64,000 nucleotides of DNA. Source: Schmidtea polychroa. Its lineage: Eukaryota. The stretch spans positions 177,506,001-177,570,000 of the forward strand of contig CM097885.1 of NCBI GenBank assembly GCA_044892525.1, read 5' to 3'. The notes beneath the pieces are model-generated. The model was given only the letters and a program-made list of their open reading frames with translations. It did no database searches and was not told the DNA's origin. Made by a program: the position numbers and the translations under genes. Shown piece after piece: positions 12,101 through 19,242 of this stretch. Positions within the stretch are counted from its first letter, which is position 1, and each line of letters begins with the position of its first letter.

Positions 12101-12976
12101 TACGCGGCAGGCGCGATTCTGGGACAATTAGACGATGAAGGAAAAGAGAGAGTAATCGGGTATTACAGCCGAACATTCAAAAAGCACGAGAAGAACTATT
12201 CGGTAACGGAACGGGAAGCATTGGCTATAATACAAGCTATCAAACACTTCCGATATTTACTATGGGGACATGAGATATGTATAACCACAGATCATCAACC
12301 ATTGGTGTGGTTAGGGCAACATAAAGAAGCGTCCAGTAGGCTGATGAGATGGGCCATGCAATTGCAAGAATACTCCCCATTTATAAAATTCAAAGCGGGA
12401 AGAGCAAATGCCAACGCCGATTGTATGTCAAGATTTATTTTTCCAGAGTTGGTGGATTCCGAAATGCAACGCATATGCTTAATAGTAGCGGAAGATTTGG
12501 ATTTCTGTCAATTGCGAAAAGACCAACAAGAGGACGCGGAATTAAAACAAATTATCGATTATGTAAAAACCGGAAAGACAGATGTATATGCGAAAGACCA
12601 AAAATTAAAAGAACATATGGATAAACACCGACACCGATATATTATAGAGAAAGATTGGTTGCTGATAATGGATGGGGAAAAACGATTAATGTGTATACCG
12701 GAAAACCGACGAAAAGAGTTACTAACGCAATATCACGATGGGAGATTGGGAGGACATATGTCATCGAAAAAGACGTTAGCAAGAATGAAACAGAAATATT
12801 TTTGGCCTACGTTAACTGAAGATGTAACCGAATGGGTAAAAAAATTGTCTAACTTGTGCAACCAGGAAGAATACTGGATCGAAATGGAAAGCACCTTTAA
12901 CGCCAATGCCAGTACCAATAGAACCAATGACAATGATATCCATGGACGTAGTTGGTCCACTACCAGAGTCAGATAA
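3194..12976 (+). CDS. Polyprotein part 1: Gag - UBL x3 - Bcl-2-like - envelope glycoprotein - protease - RT - RNase H - integrase N-terminus
   Basis: 3,260-aa ORF with the motifs listed in the sub-features. The frame is also open for 115 codons upstream of the ATG (2849-3193). Confidence 0.95.
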   Translation: MTNVVKTDEYKEKFRGEPFNGNANKLATFITNFEVYITVCGWTPEAISKRMPLFLCDSALEVYLEAKERDTKLEKWEDIKTFLKKTFGASKPINQALGELANRKQRANESITLYASELRRLAKKAMNGKLPEENLIGYFIEGLRREEVRASVGCQMCKTLEEAIDWATRCELHLPAQMNIMQEEGRIATAIAKADNGDNNNQEPKMNQFIPGAHQIFKPPQGRSNGNNGNRNNPNNENNFNNRRNMNDNKQCRTCGKPGHWDRDCYRNSNCNRCGRRGHTENVCQLRGCFNCGQPGHISRDCRERGQQQRPPQRNNNYIANPQRQSNPNEGKQMNVMQEISQMKQMMQQMMRPRQESAPQQTQNIRMMRSTENLNNYEVHQHVQEWQRLQAEEERIKQERNQQRQEQPLRINMMKLVKDMKSQYCYNYGKNPRVVPMTEPEKVKETTTEMKTENSTTILKGNQRIQKIFWKKIKDKIEKEHNKAKTETEDENNKSKEQTSQLNHQMLQESESEETTIFERKKLKRVPRMRNLQINMMKRTKDVASSDEEEDYVSSLGGEILQLNEISEPPKGEIKEEESENEITSESEDEDIEIKLRKAREEAIKQVAEILPVVVRNQEFIDVIPFRRFVQKVMKLERNEKDLIPNEEKSIIKKYMEKMKQADTTRYVIKIGTSRGLERMWIKNTVTDELFDWIREHLGSSRKKEYLYQYQGEQIKPDMHLVDALIWPGETQILKLHKEKQPANLYDWAKDAKAEYDFNIKLKLEQIKQCTLRRNLDKLIKQIQEQVEDNWDLLITRRAPAMYELMSRLRDTEMLRMSDWRTINLIHKYGRLKETQPQRLEITIWLPNEEKRRIKMSNQSTVDDLVSKINQEITEKVRSESSDGMVDDVVMMYDKIILRAEDDTSLSEMGMWDNHQIIRIVPMDEFRTRDVTYQKEIRDRMKTLYQKSTEIIEIHQQWLKEKELQGKITKLNTRSCRRTPWERVWNAENKEWEIRKGIFVETDIGETESESEEEAEEPPEYEEEAREQTSDDEGETDVTSESENEARHIHAMRKKEREYADMDGEEAIEAREREEKERYKQLGDILAMGAKNQKRQVVALANIILKTSENIHNLRGMAKAIEEYRQYNEWYPEQLEQIIRKWRNQEWAQDTQERYHIRIKYPDKSIEELEVHPTTKIRELKKKLAYETPFHLQLFGKSLDDNADVGITPMRLEETNVLTMAETLGKPLKRKSKITKPTKGSLSTPSPNKAPSKSNETEEVEEIILEDSDDEPGERSPLLVRWPTGAEMWTNNQPSTSYQQPTKLNIKEIIDNTTETETDEQFQKQREPTKVTPEGQTDKIIDEWNEWLRNNDSSLPRTDNERNPNYENTREAGTMMEKRAKGRPKKQGEKSEFKTKEQLKQEQGQVRLEKLDKIVWDLKEAQPTIERGEKWIRELLKDMLIITNPQLRRLWQRKVASTEARQLWHTISGIIPKLIKEKTKTTKTDWDETKRVIEQLTTNANDDEHHLVVITYLMYNLMGLAARKIPNKQFANHVEMTVSIIENTIEPHIIRAGGWKRLIQAPRKNEQERSMQVRLKKLLNELEWELPMKDPASRKASINSLMMTMMIWMLCTSGATGFTIYDCDNMIMRDKYSLRDIEECRQASPNKLDIVRTKVTYHVYQESDFIRTQARECVVSKKVLAYYCGQYSYSTLILPGLDKEIVSIQREDCKELFRTGALKMHNGVTIHGQTGMIKTESVYVSGKVKSSDGSCNGGTYTIRGEVISGVVVIESYTVELKEYEAQFDANNYQMKTNPACKATENVCRTGVSTIIYEANTQKCRLQMLKSALFNEVKGEIYENENDEDGNDRVRMRNGKPMPPSPREKRLSTQKTPTALITDDPDLGMRFIKEKETTKCDSIVYKTNYAGIYMSRQIIDRAVGKIATEDVKLYLYANNKMDFLFHRGQTTLQKVYYDLIQNDCSLNKEILKTKLAIAITHPDNTMPSLPLPDGHFGRMVGEVMYTYQCTKTYARMPEKSILPEKRCANELEIRYKGQNRFVQPVTRIMNPVGFYPNLFNCSNAYGPLYERPDGKWMMLPGKTISEEPKKFGLIELATELDFKPIDVSNGGMYSPEDLETARLNVLFPARRESILSNMVTITGGTNYQSGPNYELLLSPDHFQQATSNMMKAMWGRFLVFGQMMAGILGIILIIQIVRVILTQMLACFDIYKREKKVNWKMIVGFLPFLAKTMVLHGHSKDIHRIKRLIKVLTKIKGTDEEVGRRFRKVMYDEATRRQLKKNKPKFLDRFRSQSSNSDSDDDDNGNDKCLYPNRNPNEKPLETAPYWEKEKTNTWIANGSYIPPDIVGPQAALTMTQNMYPQLPSQPGMHYMPTRRTKSVDQADDVRTIAAMSLPGGPAVTVMIQINGKETNAMIDTGANVSAIAINQIPSKHWKDIESTTIHIIACSKETVDVVGRWWTTLRYQDNEIETYLAVIPKLSVPCIIGTDLMPELLKEVVIDLTTMCLKDKTGRICKMNAVIRCPEKIIVPAKSQMICQIKVDTGMEGEVIFEPSKSFEKRRELPLAREIITINQEGVIPLNITNFEEEDKIIYENEKLGRLTPMMDIELPKVTNEMIKDDELWTIDSMLLTNDEKKKLHRLLVEYKDIFAISDLDLGTCDVTLHAIPLIDEAPIALRPYKLAEMQKEIAEAEVQKMLDAKVIEPSCSPWQFPVVMVKKKDGTQRFCIDYRKLNAVTKRDTYPLPDINEMLLMLQGAAYFTSLDLKSGYWQIKVKDEDKEKTAFTLGRDLYQFRKMPFGLTNAPASFQRCMNFVTHGIKQCMVYIDDLLIYSATFEQHLEDIRNVFIRLRQWKLKLKPSKCDWAKEKVTFLGHIVSAKGKEPDPRNIEKIKTCPAPKTVTQVQEFLGLCGYYRKFIKNYAGIAKPIQELVKKDISFIWGKEQQEAFETLRDKLIEAPILVHPDFKKPFLLATDASGYAAGAILGQLDDEGKERVIGYYSRTFKKHEKNYSVTEREALAIIQAIKHFRYLLWGHEICITTDHQPLVWLGQHKEASSRLMRWAMQLQEYSPFIKFKAGRANANADCMSRFIFPELVDSEMQRICLIVAEDLDFCQLRKDQQEDAELKQIIDYVKTGKTDVYAKDQKLKEHMDKHRHRYIIEKDWLLIMDGEKRLMCIPENRRKELLTQYHDGRLGGHMSSKKTLARMKQKYFWPTLTEDVTEWVKKLSNLCNQEEYWIEMESTFNANASTNRTNDNDIHGRSWSTTRVR
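3947..4099 (+). other. Three CCHC nucleocapsid zinc knuckles of Gag
   Basis: CRTCGKPGHWDRDC, CNRCGRRGHTENVC, CFNCGQPGHISRDC (CX2CX4HX4C). Confidence 0.97.
5189..5404 (+). other. Ubiquitin/SUMO-like domain 1 within the polyprotein
   Basis: RYVIKI...LFDWIREHLG...YLYQYQGEQIKPDMHLVDALIWPGETQILKL resembles the SUMO-like F.F.G..I....T...L.M..GD.I pattern; no terminal GG. Confidence 0.55.
5708..5959 (+). other. Ubiquitin-like domain 2 within the polyprotein
   Basis: LEITIWLPNEEKRRIKMSNQSTVDDLVSKI...VVMMYDKIILRAEDDTSLSEMGMWDNHQIIRIV follows the beta-grasp pattern (TV..L..KI; DD.SL.E.G). Confidence 0.7.
6653..6853 (+). other. Ubiquitin-like domain 3 within the polyprotein
   Basis: IRIKYPDKSIEELEVHPTTKIRELKKKL...LQLFGKSLDD aligns by eye with ubiquitin LEVEPSDTIENVKAKI...LIFAGKQLED. 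Confidence 0.8.
7484..7873 (+). other. Bcl-2-like helical domain (clear BH2, degenerate BH1)
   Basis: IENTIEPHIIRAGGWKRL vs Bcl-xL LNDHLEPWIQENGGWDTF; upstream RVIEQLTTNANDDEHHLVVITYL occupies the position of TVVEELFRDGVNWGRIVAF but lacks NWGR. Confidence 0.72.
7982..9883 (+). other. Envelope-like glycoprotein of chuvirus / BEL-Pao env type (class III-like), in frame inside the polyprotein
   Basis: Signal-like SINSLMMTMMIWMLCTSGATG then FTIYDC..YSLRDIEEC, YYCG, DGSCNGG, REKR (8777-8788), GEVMYTYQC, CANELEI, FVQPVTRI, GGMYSPEDL; TM at 9707-9793; second hydrophobic stretch at 9833-9883. Family assignment is from recalled motif pattern, not a search. Confidence 0.8.
10370..10700 (+). other. Retroviral-type aspartic protease
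   Basis: AMIDTGANVS (D at 10424) and CIIGTDLM. Confidence 0.93.
11190..12440 (+). other. Reverse transcriptase and RNase H (Ty3/Gypsy)
   Basis: SPWQFPVVMVKKKDG, RFCIDYRKLN, DLKSGYWQI, MPFGLTNAPASFQR, YIDD at 11642, LATDASG, TDHQPL, NANADCMSR. Confidence 0.98.
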
Positions 12977-15900
12977 AGGAAATATTTACATTCTGGTGAT
13001 CACAGACTTTCTTACGAAATTTCCAGAAGCATTCGCGATGCCAGACCAAAAAGCTAAAACAATCGCAAAAATTTTGGTAGAAGAGATATGCTGCCGATAT
13101 GGAACACCAAAACAGATATTAACCGATCAGGGAACTAATTTTATGAGTGAAATAATGAGCGAAGTAACAAATTACTTCAAAATAGCAAAGCTAAGAACAT
13201 CTCCATACCACCCTCAAACCAATGGGATGACGGAAAGATTTAATGGAACACTTATACAAATGCTATCAAACTACGTCGATCGTCACCAACGAGATTGGGA
13301 CGAATATATAAACCTATGTCTTATGGCGTACAGAATGTCGATTCACGCATCAACGAAAATGAGCCCATTTAAATTAATGTACGGAAGAGAGTGCAACATG
13401 CCAATGGACCTGGAATACCAACCACCGATATCGCAGTATATGGAGATCGACGATTATGTTACGAAATTCAAGGAAAGAATGCAAGAAATTTGGGAAACTG
13501 CGGGATTGAATATCAAGTTCTACCAGGAAAGTTATAAAGATTTACACGATCGAAAGAAAAACGTGAAGCAACATACGTTTCAAACAGGTGATTGGGTAAT
13601 GATAGAAACCCCGGAATTAATTCCAGGAACCACAAAAAAGTTACAACGCAACGGAAAAGGACCATATGAGATCTTATTCGTAGGCGAAACCAATGTAAGA
13701 GTGAAATTGATAAATAATCCATTCACCAGGCCAATATACGTGAACGTGGCACGATGTAAATCAATTCCAAAAACCGCCACCAGTCAACCAGAAGGTCGAA
13801 CATTAACCACACGTTCGCAAACATACAGAATGAACATGATGCAACAACTCGCAGAACCGATCACCGGACGATTGGGTATCCAACCATCAGAAGCAGAAAA
13901 GATTGTAAAAGAGGTAAAAATTAAAATACCTGGATGGGCAAAAGATCGATTAGATTTCGAAATATTAGGAGGATTATTGACGATGATCGAAAATTATGCG
14001 AACAGAGAGAGGACACATCCGTTATTGCGAGTAGTCAAAAGCCAATGGCCAATATTATTTACAATAACAGATCATTACGGAGACACACCATTACACAAAC
14101 TCATGAAAGTAGGTAACAACGAGCAAATACTAGAAACAATAGAAGCATTTCACGACTGCAAGCGATCAACAGAACAAACAAACAACCAAGGTTACACACC
14201 ATTAATGATAGCAGCAAACAGAGAAAAAACCAAAGACATTATAACCGCATTACTTGATACTGGATCAAAAATAACTACACAAGACCACGAGCGGAAAAAT
14301 GCACTACATCATGCTATCGAAGGGAAAAGTACCGAGGCGTTCACGTCATTGATGGAACTACTATCATATGAGGACAATCGGGAAGTCGGAAACATGTATG
14401 ATGGATTGTTAACAGCGATCAAAGAAAAACTGACAACAATTACCGGAATATTAATTACATGGAGAAATCCAATTCAAAACGATTATATGATCAACGTAAA
14501 CGAAGCGTTCACGAGAGGAGAGAACACGCTGATGAGAGAAGCTATGAAAGGACATCATTTATTCGAAATTCCGAATCAATTACTAGAACGAGGGATAAAA
14601 TTCACAAATCATAAAGACGAACAGTTAGCAAAAAAGCGAATCGACACATTCGAAAAATCCCTATTCCAATTTACTAACCAAGCACGAAATAAATATTGGG
14701 AAACGGTAAGTGTGTTATATATGATGGACACAATGAATAACATCCGCGAGAATTACCTGGATATTATCCAAATACTTACAGCAGAGGAACGAATCAATAA
14801 TCCAAGCGGAAAGAAAACGAAAATAAGGTATGGGAAATCAAGGGAACCAAAATTGACAACGAACCAAAAGGTCACAAATAACGTCATCGAAACAAAATCA
14901 ATGAGTATAGATCAGGAGGCAATAATACGCAAAGCGAAAGAGGTATTCTTTGAGGAAATGCTAGAGTTGTCAGACGAAATAATATTGTCAAAAATAATAA
15001 AAGCTGTACATACATACGCAAGAGATCAAACCACGGGTTTAGATATTGGGAAAATCAAAACCTTCTTGCCTCGAGCATTTACGATGGTAACGAAGGATTC
15101 CAGAACACCCCTACAACAAGCAATACTAGCAGCAAAAGAAAATAGAGCAATAACGATCATGAGAATCCTTGGAGATATGGGCGAGGAAACCAACACGAAA
15201 AATGAACAAGGCGAAACCGCCATGATGTACGCAGCTATAACGAAAATACACCCAAAAACACTCCACATACTACATCAATCGGGATCGAGACTAGACGAAA
15301 GGTCCAATGAAGGAAATTCCACCTTGGACTGGGCAACCATACAGCCAAACTTAGAAATGATCAGATTCATTTGCAAAAATGCGACAAAAGAAGAAGTTGA
15401 AAATATATGCAAAAACACATCTCAATTTCAGTGGAATACGGTACGGAAAAATCTGGAAGCAATGAAATTATTAATAACATGGAGAATACCACAAAGTAAT
15501 AAATATGCGATAAATATAAACGAATTCTACGAAAACGGAGAAAACGCGATGGTAAAGAATACATTAACTAAAGGGGGGACACCAAAAATTATTTTAATAG
15601 TACTAAACAGAGAAGACCTCAAATTCACGCAAAATCAGAGCGAGCAACAAAGAATTGGGAAACATCGTCGCATTCAATTAAGAGAATTAGTCAAAGAATG
15701 GAATAGAAAGAGACACGCTGCAACGGGCAGAAAAGAGTTTGAATTCGAAGCAAAATTAGCAAGAAACAGAGTGCTAACAGCATATCGCAGATTATTGAAC
15801 GATATAAATGTCGAGGACGACATTTTAAACGACAGCGGGGGAGATAAACACGATGACAATAACGGAAAAGGCCGAAAGGAGGATAAAGAGAAAAGAGAAC

Positions 15901-17048
15901 CGGAGGAGGATAAACCGGAAAACAAGGATTCGGATACGAAAAGAGAGGGAAACAGCCCGGGAACTAAGACCAAAGAGGAGGAAAAACCGAATAATGGAAA
16001 ACAGAGGGTATGCCTACCTTTCACTAACAAAGAAATAGAGACAAATATGATATTAATGATAATTATGCTTACCATGATAGAGTTAGTAACAGCTCATGGA
16101 GGGACGAGAACGATAAAAGAAACCAAAGAAGCGGAGAATCAAGATAGCAATGAGGACGAACTAAAACAAGAAAAGAAAAAGCAAGCACAAGAGCAGCAGT
16201 GGGATTTAAAGGAAGAATGGGACTTAAAGGAAAGGTGCATACTAGGAAGATGCATGTCTAGAGCGTATCAGAAACTAGTACTGATAAATGAGGACACAGA
16301 ACCAATAACAGAAGTAAGAATACAAGAAGCATACCGAAATCGAGACGGGAAAAGAATAACGAACGTTAAAGGAAAAGAGGTACACCTAGGAAAAGGTGGC
16401 GAAGTAGTAATAACGCAGCTCCAACCAAGAAAAGAGCACAAAGTCTGTATTTCAAGATTAGGACCGGGTGAGAGATGCCATCAATATGTGACGCAGCAGC
16501 AGCCCCCGAAGGAATATACGGTTTGTATCTGGAGGAACGAATCAAAAAGAGAATGCCGACGATACCCGGGGAAAAGAGGAAAGAAAAGAAAAAACCACGA
16601 CGAAAAGGACGAAGGAGGAAAGCACAAGAAAACTGGCGAGGAAGCTCAGGACAACTATGTTTCGGAGGAAGAGATGGAAAAAATACAAAAGATGGCAAAG
16701 GAGGGTATGAACGAGGAAATAGCAAGAATACGAGAGATGATGAAAGGGAATGGCAAAAGAGGGAACGAGAAAAGTACAGAAGCAATATCAACATTAACAA
16801 ACAAGGAAAAACCAGAGAGTATAAGCGTGAAACAGATGATGTGGATCAGTGGGATAATAATAACAGGGGCATTCCTAATCATAACGGGGGGAACAATAAA
16901 AATAATTAAAGACAAACGACATCGCGGAGAACTAGAAATGACCCGAATCCGAAACTTCCAACATCGAGTGAAACGACCAAGTGATATCAAACAAGAACAG
17001 TGGGTGGAGGCCTGGAACGTTCAGCGCCCTCCAAACTCACGTATATAG
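12843..17048 (+). CDS. Polyprotein part 2: integrase (HHCC completion, DDE core, GPY) - ankyrin blocks - C-terminal signal/TM module
   Basis: Frame reads NCLTCATRK..MDVVGPLP..TDQGTNF..NGMTERFN..GPY. It joins part 1 if one A is removed from the 7-A run at 12838-12844, giving one 4,617-aa ORF (3194-17048). Confidence 0.92.
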   Translation, partial: NCLTCATRKNTGSKWKAPLTPMPVPIEPMTMISMDVVGPLPESDKGNIYILVITDFLTKFPEAFAMPDQKAKTIAKILVEEICCRYGTPKQILTDQGTNFMSEIMSEVTNYFKIAKLRTSPYHPQTNGMTERFNGTLIQMLSNYVDRHQRDWDEYINLCLMAYRMSIHASTKMSPFKLMYGRECNMPMDLEYQPPISQYMEIDDYVTKFKERMQEIWETAGLNIKFYQESYKDLHDRKKNVKQHTFQTGDWVMIETPELIPGTTKKLQRNGKGPYEILFVGETNVRVKLINNPFTRPIYVNVARCKSIPKTATSQPEGRTLTTRSQTYRMNMMQQLAEPITGRLGIQPSEAEKIVKEVKIKIPGWAKDRLDFEILGGLLTMIENYANRERTHPLLRVVKSQWPILFTITDHYGDTPLHKLMKVGNNEQILETIEAFHDCKRSTEQTNNQGYTPLMIAANREKTKDIITALLDTGSKITTQDHERKNALHHAIEGKSTEAFTSLMELLSYEDNREVGNMYDGLLTAIKEKLTTITGILITWRNPIQNDYMINVNEAFTRGENTLMREAMKGHHLFEIPNQLLERGIKFTNHKDEQLAKKRIDTFEKSLFQFTNQARNKYWETVSVLYMMDTMNNIRENYLDIIQILTAEERINNPSGKKTKIRYGKSREPKLTTNQKVTNNVIETKSMSIDQEAIIRKAKEVFFEEMLELSDEIILSKIIKAVHTYARDQTTGLDIGKIKTFLPRAFTMVTKDSRTPLQQAILAAKENRAITIMRILGDMGEETNTKNEQGETAMMYAAITKIHPKTLHILHQSGSRLDERSNEGNSTLDWATIQPNLEMIRFICKNATKEEVENICKNTSQFQWNTVRKNLEAMKLLITWRIPQSNKYAININEFYENGENAMVKNTLTKGGTPKIILIVLNREDLKFTQNQSEQQRIGKHRRIQLRELVKEWNRKRHAATGRKEFEFEAKLARNRVLTAYRRLLNDINVEDDILNDSGGDKHDDNNGKGRKEDKEKREPEEDKPENKDSDTKREGNSPGTKTKEEEKPNNGKQRVCLPFTNKEIETNMILMIIMLTMIELVTAHGGTRTIKETKEAENQDSNEDELKQEKKKQAQEQQWDLKEEWDLKERCILGRCMSRAYQKLVLINEDTEPITEVRIQEAYRNRDGKRITNVKGKEVHLGKGGEVVITQLQPRKEHKVCISRLGPGERCHQYVTQQQPPKEYTVCIWRNESKRECRRYPGKRGKKRKNHDEKDEGGKHKKTGEEAQDNYVSEEEMEKIQKMAKEGMNEEIARIREMMKGNGKRGNEKSTEAISTLTNKEKPESISVKQMMWISGIIITGAFLIITGGTIKIIKDKRHRGELEMTRIRNFQHRVKRPSDIKQEQWVEAWNVQRPPNSRI
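14070..14607 (+). other. Ankyrin-repeat block 1
   Basis: DHYGDTPLHKL, NNQGYTPLMIAA, DHERKNALHHAI, GENTLMREAM. Confidence 0.9.
15096..15629 (+). other. Ankyrin-repeat block 2 (internal duplicate of block 1)
   Basis: DSRTPLQQAI, NEQGETAMMYAA, SNEGNSTLDWA; tail LLITWRIPQSNKYAININEFYENGEN...KFT mirrors ILITWRNPIQNDYMINVNEAFTRGEN...KFT of block 1. Confidence 0.88.
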
Positions 17049-17208
17049 AAAGGAATATGACTGTATATAATTGTAAAAAGTAAGTATATTTTATGTATAT
17101 AACAGTACTATATCTTTATATAAGCGCGGTATCAATATTATACAATAACGGGAATCATAAAATAAAATTAAATTTACATAAGAGTTGAAAAGTGTATATA
17201 AATTAAGA

Positions 17209-17568
17209 ATGGATCAAGGAAATAACGAAATGAACCACAATACAGTAACTGAAGAATTATGGAAGCAACAATGTGCCGTATTAGCACAATTAGTGTCCAA
17301 TTTGCAAGAACAAGGACTGACGATGCACAGAAACCTAATCGAGAGTATGAACAGAGGATTTAGTTATTTGAAGATAATTGAAGACCAGAGGTTAAAAATC
17401 GAACAAATGCAAAGAGAAATGGAGAGGATAACCCAATATAGCCATAGACAGGAAATTGAACTAGAAAGAATGATGGAGGAAGCAGAACAGACAGAAATAG
17501 AAGACTGGTCGGAATGGCTAATGAATAGAGAGGAGAGCGGACACGAAGCCGACTCTTCCGAACCCTAA
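17209..17568 (+). CDS. Accessory ORF A: small coiled-coil protein with acidic tail
   Basis: ATG at 17209 (the track start 17185 is TTG); heptad E/Q/L-rich helix; same compositional bias as pol. Confidence 0.6.
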   Translation: MDQGNNEMNHNTVTEELWKQQCAVLAQLVSNLQEQGLTMHRNLIESMNRGFSYLKIIEDQRLKIEQMQREMERITQYSHRQEIELERMMEEAEQTEIEDWSEWLMNREESGHEADSSEP

Positions 17569-17653
17569 ACCAAACCTAGCTTAAAATGTAAATAATTGTA
17601 AATAAAATATCGAACCTGTATCGATAAGAACTATATGTACATATAATTATAGA

Positions 17654-19042
17654 ATGGATAAACGACAAAGAGAAGAGTTCAGAGAGATTGTCGAGCAAAT
17701 CCGAAAATCTACAACGATCAGAATACACAAACATGTTATGTGCGGAATATGTGAAAAGTTACTAAAAGAACCCCACCAAACCCTATGTGGATGCAGAGTA
17801 TGTAAGGAATGTATCAGTGAAGCAATAAAGAATAGACCACAGTGGTGCCCGGTGTGCAAAGAGACACTAATATCGAGTTTAGAAGACACTAACGAGGATA
17901 AAGCCGCCGTGAAAGACATGTTAAACACCAACCTGGGATGCAAAAATGCCCCATGCGAATGGAAAGGAGTAATATGGAAGGTAGTGCAACATATGGGGGA
18001 ATGTATGTATAGAATCGGCCAGTGTGAAAGGTGCCATAAAACCATTCGAGCAAGCGAAGAAAAAGAGCATCATAGCCAGTGTGAAGAGAGACTAGAAAGA
18101 TGTGAACATTGTGGAGAAATAGATACGTGGAAAAATCTCACCATCAAACATCACAATGTCCAAGAAGAAAAGGTATGTGCAGAGTTCAGTGGGGAATGCC
18201 CGAACGGATGCGAGGAAGGGAGAATAATAAAAATAGCCCAACACTTAAAAGAAAGTGAGAAGAAAAGGATGATATGTGTACTAGGTAAATGGGGCTGTCA
18301 GAAACTATTACACCGAGGAGAGTTACCACATCATTTAGTAGAAAATGCTTCAACCCACGCAGAAATGTGGTCGACTACGTTACAAGAAAGCGATGAGAAA
18401 GTAAAACAAATGGAGATGGAGATAACATCGTTGAAAGTGTTAGTCAAAGAACTACTAGAAGAAAGGGAAGCGTTCGAAGAAGCCCGAGCAAACATAAAGA
18501 TGCAAATGAACCGAATAGAAATCAGTAATAATCAGGCCAAGGAGCTACACCAGAAAATACGGGAAATAAATCTAAATGAAGTAATACCAACAGCACCCTA
18601 CATATGGAAAATAACGGAAGTAAAAGAAAGAATACGAAAAGCAAAAACCGGAGAAGAGACAAGAATAACAAGTCCTGCATTCCATTCTTGGAAAAATGGG
18701 TACAAGATGAAAATAAGGATATATCCCAACGGAGATGGAACCGGATTGAATACACATTTTTCGATATTTTTTCTATTATGTAAAGGGGAATATGACGAAA
18801 TAATAGAATGGCCATTCCAGGCAAAAATCGATATCACAATGATGAATGACCAAAGCGTCCACGAACAAAGCTTTAAAACGACGGGAACCCAGCTGTGTTA
18901 CCGGCGACCTATTGATGAGGAAGGAGCAGCATCGGGAGCGCCTACATTCATCTTGCAGCAAAAGATGGAAGAGATGACGAGAAATGACACAATATATATA
19001 AAAATGACAGTACGAAGGGAAGGAAAGGGTAGAACGGAGTAA
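17654..19042 (+). CDS. traf: Accessory ORF B: full-length TRAF-family protein (RING - TRAF zinc fingers - coiled coil - MATH), intronless
   Basis: RING CGIC..CGCRVCKEC..CPVC; several C/H fingers; MATH core YIWKIT..SPAF..GYKMKIRIYPNGDGTG.NTHFSIFF..KGEYD.IIEWPF..GAPTF. Confidence 0.95.
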   Translation: MDKRQREEFREIVEQIRKSTTIRIHKHVMCGICEKLLKEPHQTLCGCRVCKECISEAIKNRPQWCPVCKETLISSLEDTNEDKAAVKDMLNTNLGCKNAPCEWKGVIWKVVQHMGECMYRIGQCERCHKTIRASEEKEHHSQCEERLERCEHCGEIDTWKNLTIKHHNVQEEKVCAEFSGECPNGCEEGRIIKIAQHLKESEKKRMICVLGKWGCQKLLHRGELPHHLVENASTHAEMWSTTLQESDEKVKQMEMEITSLKVLVKELLEEREAFEEARANIKMQMNRIEISNNQAKELHQKIREINLNEVIPTAPYIWKITEVKERIRKAKTGEETRITSPAFHSWKNGYKMKIRIYPNGDGTGLNTHFSIFFLLCKGEYDEIIEWPFQAKIDITMMNDQSVHEQSFKTTGTQLCYRRPIDEEGAASGAPTFILQQKMEEMTRNDTIYIKMTVRREGKGRTE

Positions 19043-19242
19043 CCCATCGAATAATGTTGTATATAATAACCTGTATATATCGGCGTATATATCCAATAAA
19101 ATATTATATAATAATGGTATGAAAAACCCTAAATACGAAAACCCAAAAATGATGCGAAAAATTTCCAAAGGGCCAGTAACCAATAAATAAATTTTTTTTT
19201 TTAAAAAAAAAAAAGAGATTAATCTATATCAATGATTTAGAA

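Noticed and set aside
12838-12844. Programmed +1 frameshift between polyprotein parts
   Set aside because: It would split the integrase HHCC motif; a homopolymer indel is simpler.
16475-16909. Overlapping +strand ORF inside the polyprotein tail
   Set aside because: Low-complexity K/R/G product expected from purine-rich sequence; no independent support.
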